DNA of 64,000 nucleotides from Promethearchaeia archaeon (GCA_029856145.1 JAHQWK010000004.1:96001-160000), one strand, 5' to 3'. Counted from the first letter of the stretch, positions 50,363 to 59,623 are shown. Notes: generated from the sequence alone by a model not told the origin. Program-made: numbers and translations.

Positions 50363-50827
50363 ATGGAAGTAATTGGAAACCAATTAAAAGAATTTGAAAT
50401 TATAGATGAGATATTAGAAAATAAAGATATTTTTTCTAGTACACGATTATTTAAATGTATTTTAGGCCTAAATAAAACCGAATCACAGGTATTTGGATAT
50501 ATTTTAAGAAATAAAGATGTAAGTACTTCTGAAATAGCAAAAGCTCTGAAGTTGGATAGAAGTTCAATTCAAAGAGCTGTTCAAGATTTATCTGAATTAA
50601 TACTTATTAATCGTAAGTCTATATCTATGAAAGAATATTCTAAGGTGAAAGGTAAGACTAATATCAAAAGGCAAGGATATCTTTATGTTTATAATGCTAA
50701 AGATATTAAGTCAATAAAAACCCAGTTTAAAGAACTATTAGATAAATGGTACGGTTCAATGTTAAAATACATTGAGAATCTCGAGAATCTATGTGAATGT
50801 TGTGGTTTCAAATTCGAACCATGTTAA
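50363..50827 (+). CDS. TrmB-like HTH regulator with C-terminal Cys cluster
   Basis: KCILGLNKTE, EIAKALKLDRSSIQRAVQDL, GYLYVY; tail LCECCGFKFEPC. Confidence 0.85.
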   Translation: MEVIGNQLKEFEIIDEILENKDIFSSTRLFKCILGLNKTESQVFGYILRNKDVSTSEIAKALKLDRSSIQRAVQDLSELILINRKSISMKEYSKVKGKTNIKRQGYLYVYNAKDIKSIKTQFKELLDKWYGSMLKYIENLENLCECCGFKFEPC

Positions 50828-50858
50828 ATTTTTTAATAGGCTTAAGAAAAAAAGTTTT

Positions 50859-51521
50859 TTAGAACATAAAAATTACCTTGAAAGGGAGATCTTCCAATAA
50901 TTCTCTTAGTTCTTTTTTAAATTCTTCCGAAATGGGTTCAAAACCATCTAGAGTATAATTACTTACCGAATAATGATCTGGCATAACATCTAATAAGAAC
51001 TCCTTTAATTTTTCCACATTTATAACGGTATCATTTAACCCTTTCAAAAACATTGTGTAGATGCCCAACTTCCCCTTAAATTTTTTACTGAATTTCAAAA
51101 TGCCCTCTAAAACATTTTTAGGTTCTATCGATTCCGGACACTTATTAATTTTTGAAAAATGAAAGTGATCAACAGTATTAAGATTAATAGCAACCAAATC
51201 ACATCCGTTAAATACATTTCGAGCTTCCTTATCTTGAAAGATTCCACAATTTAAATAAATACCAATTTTTTGATTTGGATATATCGTCCTAATCATTTTT
51301 GTAATCAACTTAAAATTTGAATGGGTTATTGAATCTGTTATTCCCTTAAACCATATTAAACTGGGAATCCCTCGAACATTAATACAATCTCTAATTTCAT
51401 AAAAAACTTCTTCAGTAAGGTTAATTAGGCCTGAGCCTTCACAGTAAGAACTAAAATCAACTGATAAAAGTGTTCCAAAATTAAAATTAAACTCGAACGC
51501 TTTTACAAACCTGTAACCCAT
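50859..51521 (-). CDS. Degenerate radical-SAM-like protein lacking CxxxCxxC
   Basis: DLVAINLNTVD...KIN.......VLEGI..F...F.GKL...TMFLKGLND resembles COG0731/TYW1-like barrels; only YC remains. Confidence 0.6.
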   Translation of the reverse strand: MGYRFVKAFEFNFNFGTLLSVDFSSYCEGSGLINLTEEVFYEIRDCINVRGIPSLIWFKGITDSITHSNFKLITKMIRTIYPNQKIGIYLNCGIFQDKEARNVFNGCDLVAINLNTVDHFHFSKINKCPESIEPKNVLEGILKFSKKFKGKLGIYTMFLKGLNDTVINVEKLKEFLLDVMPDHYSVSNYTLDGFEPISEEFKKELRELLEDLPFKVIFMF

Positions 51522-51547
51522 TTAAACCACATTTTTTATTTGCATTA

Positions 51548-54505
51548 TTAATTATTTTTTAATTCGTCTATCAATACCTTGATTTCAGAAATCAATATCT
51601 CCGCTTTTCGTAGATAATCCTCTCTTTCACTCGGATGCATCTTTTCTGTAAATTTTTTCCCTTTTTCATAATACTCGAGTGCGTTTTCAAATTTACCAAG
51701 TTCTTTAAAACATCTTCCCATTTTTAAGCATGTCTCGAATGCAAACCAACCAGTAGGTTCAAGATTCAAAGCTTCTTTTAATTTTTCAATAGCATCTTCG
51801 TACTCTCCTAAGGACATTAATATTTCACCATATGTATCATAAACGTTTCCATAATTTGGATTAAGACTTATCAGATATTCTGCAGTCTCAATAGCTTCCT
51901 TTCTTCTCCCTAAATACCCTAATATTATGGCTTTATTGTTAATAATATTAGTATCTTGTGGGTTTAATTCAAGGGCTTTATCAACAGCTTCTAAACCTTC
52001 ATCATACTGTTTTAGATGTACATAGATAAACGATTTTTGTAAGAGAAGACTTCTTTTCAAGGAGGGGTGGCTTTCTAACAAGTCATCAATCAAATTCAAA
52101 GCTTCAGATTCTCTCTTGGACATAATCAAATTGTATGTTTTCCTAGCATATAAAGAATTCAATCCGGGAACCAATTCAATAGCCTTATCAATAGATTCAA
52201 TAGCTTCATCATGTTTTCCAAGTCCATTAAAAACGTATGCTTGAAATAAAAGATATCTTGTTTTATCATATGTAAAAGGGTCAAAAGAGATTGTAAGTTT
52301 TATTAATTCAGTAAAAGTATCAATATTTGGTTCTTTTAATGTAAATCTATAAATCAAATTATAACCAAGTACAATGGCTTTTGTGATAAATGAAATTGGA
52401 TGATCAGGATAAAGAGTTAAAACTAGATTTGCAATTTCTAAAGCTTTTTCAAATTTCCCTCTTGCTAAATATGAGTATGCTAAAATAAAATAAGCTTCTG
52501 TATCAATTCCAGGATTCTTTTTAAGGGTATTTATATCGATTTCACTTGTTATCAGTTGCTTCGCCTCTTTATATTTATAAATCTCACAATAGTAGAGACT
52601 TCTCAAAAGTAGAATTTCTTTATCGTTTGGTTTCAAGGCGATTAATTGATTTATAACATCTAAGGGATCATTATAATCCTTTACCAATGTCATCCAATGA
52701 GTAATATAAATTATGAATTTTGTTTTTAATAGAAGAGTATTATCTGGATATTGAGATAATGACTCGTTAATAAGATGGAGTGCTTTTTCTCCTTGAAACA
52801 TTCTCAACAATATTTGAGCTTTATGACTAATTAAAACAACATTAGATGATTTCTTTAGTCCTTTTTCAACATTTTCTAAAGATCTCTCATAATTGTCCAT
52901 TAAAAAGTAAGTTAATGATTGCAATAAATATCCAATATACTCCTCTGGATATTTCTCAATAATTTCATTAGTTATATCAATTGAATCATCTAATTTATTA
53001 TTCGCTGTTGTTATAATATCTTTTATAATTAACTGATTAATGGTTTTTAACTTTGTGCTATTATTCTGATATAGTTCCCTCGCTTTAGAAGCTTTATTTC
53101 TGTATAATGTTTTTACAATTTTTTTAAATAGATCTATTTTATTCAGATAATAAGTCTCCTGAACTTCTTTTGAGTTCACAAAATACAATTTTGTTAGGTG
53201 CATAATACTTAGTACGCTAAAAATACTACCATCTAAGGTATAATGATACTCATCCTCATCTCCTGCTATTGGTTTTGAAGGTTCAAAAGTTTGGAATTCC
53301 TCAAAAATATTTTGCCAAACAAATCCTTCTAATTTTGCTTCGCTATCAACTAATTTTTTCTCAGTCTCAAATTTATATGCTAAATATTTAATATATTCAG
53401 GTAAAAATGATTTTAATGAGGGCTTCAGATGTTCATGGAATAATTTATCACAAATACCATCTAAAATTTCATCTAATAACAATCCTACATCTATCGTCAG
53501 GGCTTCATGAAATTTGTTTAGATATGTAAATTTAATGATATGTTTTTCCACAATCGCATTAAGAACTTTCTCAATTGTCTCATTCTTTTGAAAATAATAA
53601 ATCCCTCCTTGTTCATCTTCTACTTTAAAAAACTTAATATCAAAAAATTCATTATCTACAATCTCTCCTATATAATAATCTAACGTAGTTTTGTCAACTT
53701 TATACTTTAATGAGAATTCTTGAGGTGAAATGAATTCGGGATAATTATCTGGATGATTAATCGAAAGGAACAACAAAATTTTATTAAAGATTTCCTCGTT
53801 TTTTAACATTGGCTCTACTTTAGAATAAGAAAACTTTAAAATATGATCAAGATATCGAAATTTCAATTCATCATCTTCAATTTTATATTTCTTGAAAAAC
53901 ATTCTAGTTTTTTCTGTTATTTCTTCAATTCTCTTACTTTCTTGTTCTAATATAGATTGACGATCCAAATCGTAAGACTTTAATATTCTTAAATACTCAT
54001 TCTTTCCCAAGGGTGTTATTATATATTCCTTGTTTTCTCTTGCTACGAATCCATCATCTATTAATGAATTTAAATTGTTAGATAAGGAGGATTGATTAAT
54101 CGATAGTGGCTCTTGTTTAAAATCTGACCATTTGCATGAATAATTATTATAAAGCATCCACAAAATCCAATGATCATAATTCCTAATTTTAGTTATTGTT
54201 TTTGGTGGATACTTTAATCTCCTCTTTCCTAATTTCTTGTCATAGACTAATTCACTAAATCTATCTCTCCCTTGTGCTGTAATTAGATACTTGCCTTTTT
54301 CAGGTTTTTCAATATAATCCTTATTCATTAGTTTATTCAAATTACCTGATAATGTTGAAGGACTTATTTCTACCTCAAAATCCGACCACTCACAAATATC
54401 ATTATTACTGAGCATCCATAGTATTACATATTCAAAATCAGTTTTTCCCATTATTGGATTTAATATCTCTCCTGGAGGATATATGATTCCTTCTGATCTA
54501 CTCAT
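51548..54505 (-). CDS. Tandem winged-HTH + TPR regulator B (paralogue of A, more TPRs)
   Basis: Same wHTH repeats (NYDHW.LWM.YNN..CKWSDF, INQSSLS, YDLDRQSIL..ESKRIEEIT); many TPRs; ends EP.GWF like A. Confidence 0.88.
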   Translation of the reverse strand: MSRSEGIIYPPGEILNPIMGKTDFEYVILWMLSNNDICEWSDFEVEISPSTLSGNLNKLMNKDYIEKPEKGKYLITAQGRDRFSELVYDKKLGKRRLKYPPKTITKIRNYDHWILWMLYNNYSCKWSDFKQEPLSINQSSLSNNLNSLIDDGFVARENKEYIITPLGKNEYLRILKSYDLDRQSILEQESKRIEEITEKTRMFFKKYKIEDDELKFRYLDHILKFSYSKVEPMLKNEEIFNKILLFLSINHPDNYPEFISPQEFSLKYKVDKTTLDYYIGEIVDNEFFDIKFFKVEDEQGGIYYFQKNETIEKVLNAIVEKHIIKFTYLNKFHEALTIDVGLLLDEILDGICDKLFHEHLKPSLKSFLPEYIKYLAYKFETEKKLVDSEAKLEGFVWQNIFEEFQTFEPSKPIAGDEDEYHYTLDGSIFSVLSIMHLTKLYFVNSKEVQETYYLNKIDLFKKIVKTLYRNKASKARELYQNNSTKLKTINQLIIKDIITTANNKLDDSIDITNEIIEKYPEEYIGYLLQSLTYFLMDNYERSLENVEKGLKKSSNVVLISHKAQILLRMFQGEKALHLINESLSQYPDNTLLLKTKFIIYITHWMTLVKDYNDPLDVINQLIALKPNDKEILLLRSLYYCEIYKYKEAKQLITSEIDINTLKKNPGIDTEAYFILAYSYLARGKFEKALEIANLVLTLYPDHPISFITKAIVLGYNLIYRFTLKEPNIDTFTELIKLTISFDPFTYDKTRYLLFQAYVFNGLGKHDEAIESIDKAIELVPGLNSLYARKTYNLIMSKRESEALNLIDDLLESHPSLKRSLLLQKSFIYVHLKQYDEGLEAVDKALELNPQDTNIINNKAIILGYLGRRKEAIETAEYLISLNPNYGNVYDTYGEILMSLGEYEDAIEKLKEALNLEPTGWFAFETCLKMGRCFKELGKFENALEYYEKGKKFTEKMHPSEREDYLRKAEILISEIKVLIDELKNN

Positions 54506-54576
54506 AATAAAACTCAGTCTTATAAGATCTTATTTTGTTACATATATATTAGTTCATCTGCTTTTTAAGCTTTTCA

Positions 54577-54629
54577 CTTCAGACTAAAGTGTGAACTTCA
54601 TGTGAAGTTCGAAGTGCGAATCTATATAT
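54577..54629 (+). promoter_or_regulatory. Operator + TATA for peptide gene B
   Basis: Perfect palindrome GAACTTCA-tg-TGAAGTTC (54593-54610), 11 bp, CTATATAT (54622-54629). Confidence 0.8.
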
Positions 54630-54684
54630 TGGAGTTCAAGTTAAATAATCATAAGAAAAAAATGAAAAAAAAGTGATAAAAAAG

Positions 54685-54768
54685 ATGGTTCAAGTATTAG
54701 AAAAGAAGTCGAGGTTGATAATTATAACGAATGATACGGACAGATATCATTCGAGATATATAACTTAG
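54685..54768 (+). CDS. Small peptide B, 27 aa: MVQVLEKKSRLIIITNDTDRYHSRYIT
   Basis: AGTGA upstream (in-frame GTG at 54673 also possible), TAG-TAA double stop, oligo-T tract; homologous to peptide A. Confidence 0.72.
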   Translation: MVQVLEKKSRLIIITNDTDRYHSRYIT

Positions 54769-54774
54769 TAAAAC

Positions 54775-54783
54775 TTTTTTTTT
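54775..54783 (+). terminator. Oligo-T terminator after peptide B
   Basis: T9 tract just after the stop. Confidence 0.55.
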
Positions 54784-54814
54784 CCTATTTATATCAAAAT
54801 GGAGAGTGAAAAAT

Positions 54815-54955
54815 ATGGTTAAAATAATGATAAATTGTAGAAAATGTGGTAAAGAGATAAAACTTGACCTGAACGACTCGACGGCGCTTTGCCGAAAGTG
54901 TCGGAAGAATCATGCTGTAATTGAGGTAACAACAACGAGGAATTTTGATTTTTAA
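54815..54955 (+). CDS. Micro zinc-ribbon protein 1 (46 aa)
   Basis: MVKIMINCRKCGKEIKLDLNDSTALCRKCRKNHAVIEVTTTRNFDF; GGAGAGTGA RBS. Confidence 0.8.
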   Translation: MVKIMINCRKCGKEIKLDLNDSTALCRKCRKNHAVIEVTTTRNFDF

Positions 54956-55017
54956 TGAAAATAATAGAGAATAATAAAAAATTAAATAGAAAATGAAAAA
55001 ATAAAAGAGGGACAAAT

Positions 55018-55116
55018 ATGCCAAAAAAAATAAGGATACCCTGTATGAAATGTGGTAAAGAGATAAAGTTAAATTTTACCGAATCACGGGCAATTTGTAA
55101 GGATTGTGGAAGGTAA
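55018..55116 (+). CDS. Micro zinc-ribbon protein 2 (32 aa), paralogue of protein 1
   Basis: MPKKIRIPCMKCGKEIKLNFTESRAICKDCGR; GAGGG RBS. Confidence 0.8.
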   Translation: MPKKIRIPCMKCGKEIKLNFTESRAICKDCGR

Positions 55117-55208
55117 ATTTCGAGAGATTTTTTAAATCTTTCAAATTTTTTAATTGTTTAATTATTTAATTTTTTAATTTTTTTTACGGTTCTTTTCTTT
55201 TCCATTCC

Positions 55209-55245
55209 AAATTAAGGGGCGAGAGTTTATCTCACCCTTTAATTT
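55209..55245. other. Hairpin AAATTAAGGGGCGAGA-GTTTA-TCTCACCCTTTAATTT
   Basis: 16-bp stem with two imperfect pairs; core related to 46911-46931. Confidence 0.6.
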
Positions 55246-55422
55246 TATTGAAAAAATTGTTCTGAAATTCAGTTAATCCTTTTGATATTTAAAAAAGGAC
55301 ATTTTCTCTTTTGATTTAACAATTAATCTTAAAACATCGCAAATTCGTTACATAACTTTATATTGAGAAAAAAGAAAATATTTAGTGATTAAAGAGAAAA
55401 CCAGATCATATACATATTTTTT

Positions 55423-55956
55423 ATGATGAAATTTAAGAATTTGAGGCTGAGAATGGCATTATTTTTAGGATTATTAATGTTACTCATTCCTCAAGTGAGA
55501 GCCAATCCAGTTGTTGTCCCTATGTTTCAAATCCACCCATTTATTATGGGTATATACTTAAATTTTCTATTTGTTGCTACTCTTGCCATAGAAATCTTAA
55601 TCATTAAGACTTTTTTAAAAAACAATAAAATATTTGAACGTTCAAAAGAATTCTACAATTCAATTTTTCTTGTTAATCTAATTTCTTATCCTATGACGCA
55701 ACTTTTTGCATTTCTTATATATCAATCTTCTTTAGGTGATTATGATGTTGCCTCCGTGTTATTTAATTCTATTTTAATTGAAGTATTTCCTATTATGTTA
55801 GAATGTGTATTATTTTTGAAAATCTTTAAAAAACTAAATAGAACTGCTTGTTTTGTACGTTCAGTTAATAATAAGATGATAGTAAAATCCACAATTACCG
55901 CAAATTTAGCATCTTTCGCGTTTGGGTTTCTTACATTTTTCTTATTTTTAATTTGA
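55423..55956 (+). CDS. Multi-pass membrane protein with possible cleavable signal (VRA-NP)
   Basis: Hydrophobic helices with conserved-looking E and N.xS positions. Confidence 0.7.
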   Translation: MMKFKNLRLRMALFLGLLMLLIPQVRANPVVVPMFQIHPFIMGIYLNFLFVATLAIEILIIKTFLKNNKIFERSKEFYNSIFLVNLISYPMTQLFAFLIYQSSLGDYDVASVLFNSILIEVFPIMLECVLFLKIFKKLNRTACFVRSVNNKMIVKSTITANLASFAFGFLTFFLFLI

Positions 55957-55975
55957 TTAAAATTGAGAGGTTATA

Positions 55976-57757
55976 ATGAGATATAATAATGATCATAAAT
56001 TTTTGAATTCTGCAATATGCATTGCTGTTATTCTAAATATCATTGTTTTTGGGATTTTTAGTTCTGATTTATTTATATATAGATACTCTCGTCCTTATGA
56101 TTGGAGGGTGGAAGTTCTTAAAGTACCAACAACGTCCAATCCTGTTACCATGGATCCTTGCGATTCATGGGATAGTGTATCAAATGATATACTTGATCAG
56201 GTAATAGAAACCCTAATTGCATATAATTTATCTGACCCAGAATTTCCACTTGTAGGAAGACTTGCCTCAGCTTGGGATTTCCAAAGCTCAAAATTTGGGC
56301 ATAATATAACTTTCACACTAAGACCAAATGTATATTTCCATGATGATTCATTACTTACTGGAGACGATGTTTTACATTCTTTCGCAAGAATTAATTACTT
56401 CGGTAATGCAACTGGTACCTTAACAGAGCCTGATCATATGGCTTTTCCACACTCTCTCTATAAATTTCCTGGTAAGCCTCCAGGTTTAACACCAATCTTC
56501 AATCATACCTTAAGCTTTGTTAATCCAACTGATAACTTAGAAGTTACTATTGTAATGAATGGTCCATTTGCTCCTGCTGAAGGATTATTAGCCTATGTAG
56601 CAAGTGGAATTGTACCTCTTAATTGTCCTGCAGAGGATATGTGGGAACTCGGTACGGATCTAGCCATTGGAACTGGTCCATTCAAATTAGTTAGTTATGT
56701 ACCAAATTCAGAGACTAGATTTGAGCGTTGGGATAGATATTGGGATGCTCCCGCTTATTGGGATGAAATTGTCTATGTCTATTATAGAGATGCTGTCACC
56801 GCTAATAATGCTATGTTGGCTGGAGATATTGACTACTTAGGCCAGGGTATTGCTGCACTAAAAGAATACTTTAATGCGAGTCCTTATATCACGGTAACTG
56901 GAGATGGAGTTGCTGATTTTATCAATGGTTCTATCTATTGGTATATTGCTTTTAACTCCCCTTATATAAATGTTACGTGGAGAAAAGCTATTTCATCTGC
57001 CTTTAACTATACATATCTTAACGAAGAAATAGATGAAGGCACTACTGTGAAAGCTAATTCCTTAGTTCCTCCCGGTTTTCCTGCTCATAATGCTTCATGT
57101 AAAGGTGGTGTTTTTAATATACCTTATGCTAGACTAAAAATGCAGAGCATGGGGCATGGTGTAGGATGGGACATTGGCAGTCAGGTTGGAGATATATTTA
57201 CTCCTGGTCTTGATGAAGCTCTATGGAAAGCAGCCGCATGGGTTCCAGATGTAGGTAACTTTACTGCAAATCAGTTTAATTTCCGGTTTAGACAAGGAAG
57301 TCATTGGATGGAACTCCTAATTGCTCAATTTCGAGATGATATGGACAGGATTGGAATTGAAATTAACGTGCAAATATTGACTTGGTGTGAATTCATAGAA
57401 ATGGGTGAAGGCTATCCTGACAGACTCCATATCTATCAAGTAGGTTGGGGTCCTGCTTACTTTGAAACCTTCACCATGATTGATCCATTAGTAAATCCCG
57501 CATCTTCATCAAACTTTGCTCGAATTGATAATCCTGAAATAAACACTTACTTAGCCCTTGCTGCTTCTGAAACCGATACTGCTACGAGATATGGATACTA
57601 TATGAAACTTCAGTATTTAATTATGGATAAATACTCTTACCATATGGGCATACAATTTGATAAGCTTTATCATGTTCATGCTGCTAATTTGAAAGGCGTC
57701 CCATATAATACTATGAGGAACTTATACTGGTATCCAACTTATCGCGAAACCGCATAA
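55976..57757 (+). CDS. Family 5 (OppA/DppA-like) solute-binding protein, copy 1
   Basis: PVTMDP, ETLI, LASAW, FTLRPNVYFHD, IGTGPFKL, WRKAI..AFNY; N-terminal TM. Confidence 0.92.
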   Translation: MRYNNDHKFLNSAICIAVILNIIVFGIFSSDLFIYRYSRPYDWRVEVLKVPTTSNPVTMDPCDSWDSVSNDILDQVIETLIAYNLSDPEFPLVGRLASAWDFQSSKFGHNITFTLRPNVYFHDDSLLTGDDVLHSFARINYFGNATGTLTEPDHMAFPHSLYKFPGKPPGLTPIFNHTLSFVNPTDNLEVTIVMNGPFAPAEGLLAYVASGIVPLNCPAEDMWELGTDLAIGTGPFKLVSYVPNSETRFERWDRYWDAPAYWDEIVYVYYRDAVTANNAMLAGDIDYLGQGIAALKEYFNASPYITVTGDGVADFINGSIYWYIAFNSPYINVTWRKAISSAFNYTYLNEEIDEGTTVKANSLVPPGFPAHNASCKGGVFNIPYARLKMQSMGHGVGWDIGSQVGDIFTPGLDEALWKAAAWVPDVGNFTANQFNFRFRQGSHWMELLIAQFRDDMDRIGIEINVQILTWCEFIEMGEGYPDRLHIYQVGWGPAYFETFTMIDPLVNPASSSNFARIDNPEINTYLALAASETDTATRYGYYMKLQYLIMDKYSYHMGIQFDKLYHVHAANLKGVPYNTMRNLYWYPTYRETA

Positions 57758-57808
57758 ATGAAATATAAAGAAATATAAAAAATTAAAAAAAGAATAAAGG
57801 AAGGAAAA

Positions 57809-59623
57809 ATGAAATCTGAAATGAAAGAGTTAGCGATATTTATTTTAATAATTTTAATTATTTTTTCTGGTTTCGGAAACGTTATCATGTTACTGATGTA
57901 TAGTCCTCCGCATTCTCATCCTACTTTCGAAGTACTTAAAGTAGCAAGAACTTCAAATCCAGTTACTATGGATCCATGTGATTCTTGGGATAGTGTGTCA
58001 AATGATATGCTTGATCAGGTAATGGAAACCCTCATTGCTTATAATTTATCTGACCCAGAATTTCCGCTTGTAGGAAGACTTGCCTCAGCTTGGGACTTCC
58101 AAAGCACGCCTTTAGGCACGAATATCACATTCCAATTACGACCAAATGTATATTTCCATGATGATACATTACTTACTGGAGAATGTGTTATCCATACCTT
58201 TACAAGAATAAATTTTTTTGGCAATTGGACAGGGACATTAACTGCTCCTCATCATATGGCAGCTCCACACTCTCTTTATAAATTTGCTAATGGAACACCA
58301 ATCTTTAATGAAACGCTCAGTTTTGTTAATCTAACTAACCCATTAGAAGTTACTCTTGTATTAAATGGTCCATTTGCTCCTGCTGAAGGATTACTAGCCT
58401 ATACAGCAAGTTCAATCGTACATCCTTATTCTACTCCTGTAAATGAGATGTTAGAACTCGGCGAGGATCGAGCCATAGGGACTGGTCCATTCAGATTAGT
58501 TTATTATGTACCAAATTCAGCGATTTGGTTTGATCGTTGGAAGAGATATTGGGATGGTCCCGCATATTGGGATGAAATCGTCTATGTCTACTATAGAGAT
58601 GCTGTCACCGCTAATAATGCTATGCTGCGTGGAGATATTGACTACTTAGGTCAGGGTATTGCTGCACTAAAAGAATACTTTAATGCGAGTCCTTATATCA
58701 CGGTAACTGGAGATGGAGTTCATGATTACATCAACGGGGCTACTTATAACTGTATTGTATTTAAATCAGAATGGATCAATCGTACATGGAGAAAGGCGAT
58801 TTGTCATGCTTATAACTATTCCTATCTTATCCATAATATCATGGAAGACACAGTTGTGAGAGCTAATTCTTTAGTCCCTCCAGGTATCCCGGGTCATAAC
58901 AGTTCAGTTGTAGGTGGTACGTTCAATATTACAAAAGCAAGACAGATTATGCAGAGCATGGGTTATGGTTATACGGATAATGTTCCTTGGGACGTAGGAT
59001 CTCAGGTTGGAGATGTGTTCACCCCTGGTGCTAATGAAACTCTATGGAAAGCAGCAGAATTTATACCAAACGTAGGAAACTTCTCTGGTAATGTATGGAA
59101 TTTCTATGTAAAACCAGGAAGCCTTTTATTGGAATTTCTAACTCAACGCTTTATAGAGGATATGGATTTAATTGGAATTAAGGTAGAATATTATTGGTAC
59201 TGGTGGGCTGAATGGCCGATACCACTATGGTGGTGGAAAGGAATCCATTTATGTTGGTTGAGTAAATATCCTAATTATTATGAAGCTTTTAATATGATTG
59301 ATTCATTAGTCAACCCAGATTCTACCCTTTATTCCGAAACTTTAAATATACTTGATTCAATAGTCGACCCAGCATCTACCCTCAATATCCTTAAAATTAA
59401 CAATACAGAAATAAATACTCTTTTAGCTACTACTGTAGCTGAAACTAGTACTGCTACAAGATATGAATACTATAAGAAACTTCAATATTTAATTCATGAT
59501 AAGTACTACTACCATATGCCTCTGTTTTATGACAAGCTCTACTATGTTCATGCTGCCACCTTGAAAGGATTTCCATATAATTGTATGAGGAATTTATACT
59601 GGTATCCAACTTATCGTGATTAA
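57809..59623 (+). CDS. Family 5 (OppA/DppA-like) solute-binding protein, copy 2
   Basis: Same motifs; tandem paralogue. Confidence 0.92.
   Translation: MKSEMKELAIFILIILIIFSGFGNVIMLLMYSPPHSHPTFEVLKVARTSNPVTMDPCDSWDSVSNDMLDQVMETLIAYNLSDPEFPLVGRLASAWDFQSTPLGTNITFQLRPNVYFHDDTLLTGECVIHTFTRINFFGNWTGTLTAPHHMAAPHSLYKFANGTPIFNETLSFVNLTNPLEVTLVLNGPFAPAEGLLAYTASSIVHPYSTPVNEMLELGEDRAIGTGPFRLVYYVPNSAIWFDRWKRYWDGPAYWDEIVYVYYRDAVTANNAMLRGDIDYLGQGIAALKEYFNASPYITVTGDGVHDYINGATYNCIVFKSEWINRTWRKAICHAYNYSYLIHNIMEDTVVRANSLVPPGIPGHNSSVVGGTFNITKARQIMQSMGYGYTDNVPWDVGSQVGDVFTPGANETLWKAAEFIPNVGNFSGNVWNFYVKPGSLLLEFLTQRFIEDMDLIGIKVEYYWYWWAEWPIPLWWWKGIHLCWLSKYPNYYEAFNMIDSLVNPDSTLYSETLNILDSIVDPASTLNILKINNTEINTLLATTVAETSTATRYEYYKKLQYLIHDKYYYHMPLFYDKLYYVHAATLKGFPYNCMRNLYWYPTYRD

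Noticed and set aside
54593-54613. Resemblance of the operator to the eukaryotic heat-shock element (nGAAnnTTCn)
   Set aside because: Spacing is GAA-N1-TTC, not GAA-N2-TTC; treated as coincidental.
54794-55024. 76-aa minus-strand ORF
   Set aside because: Shadow of the plus-strand zinc-finger micro-genes and an A-rich spacer.
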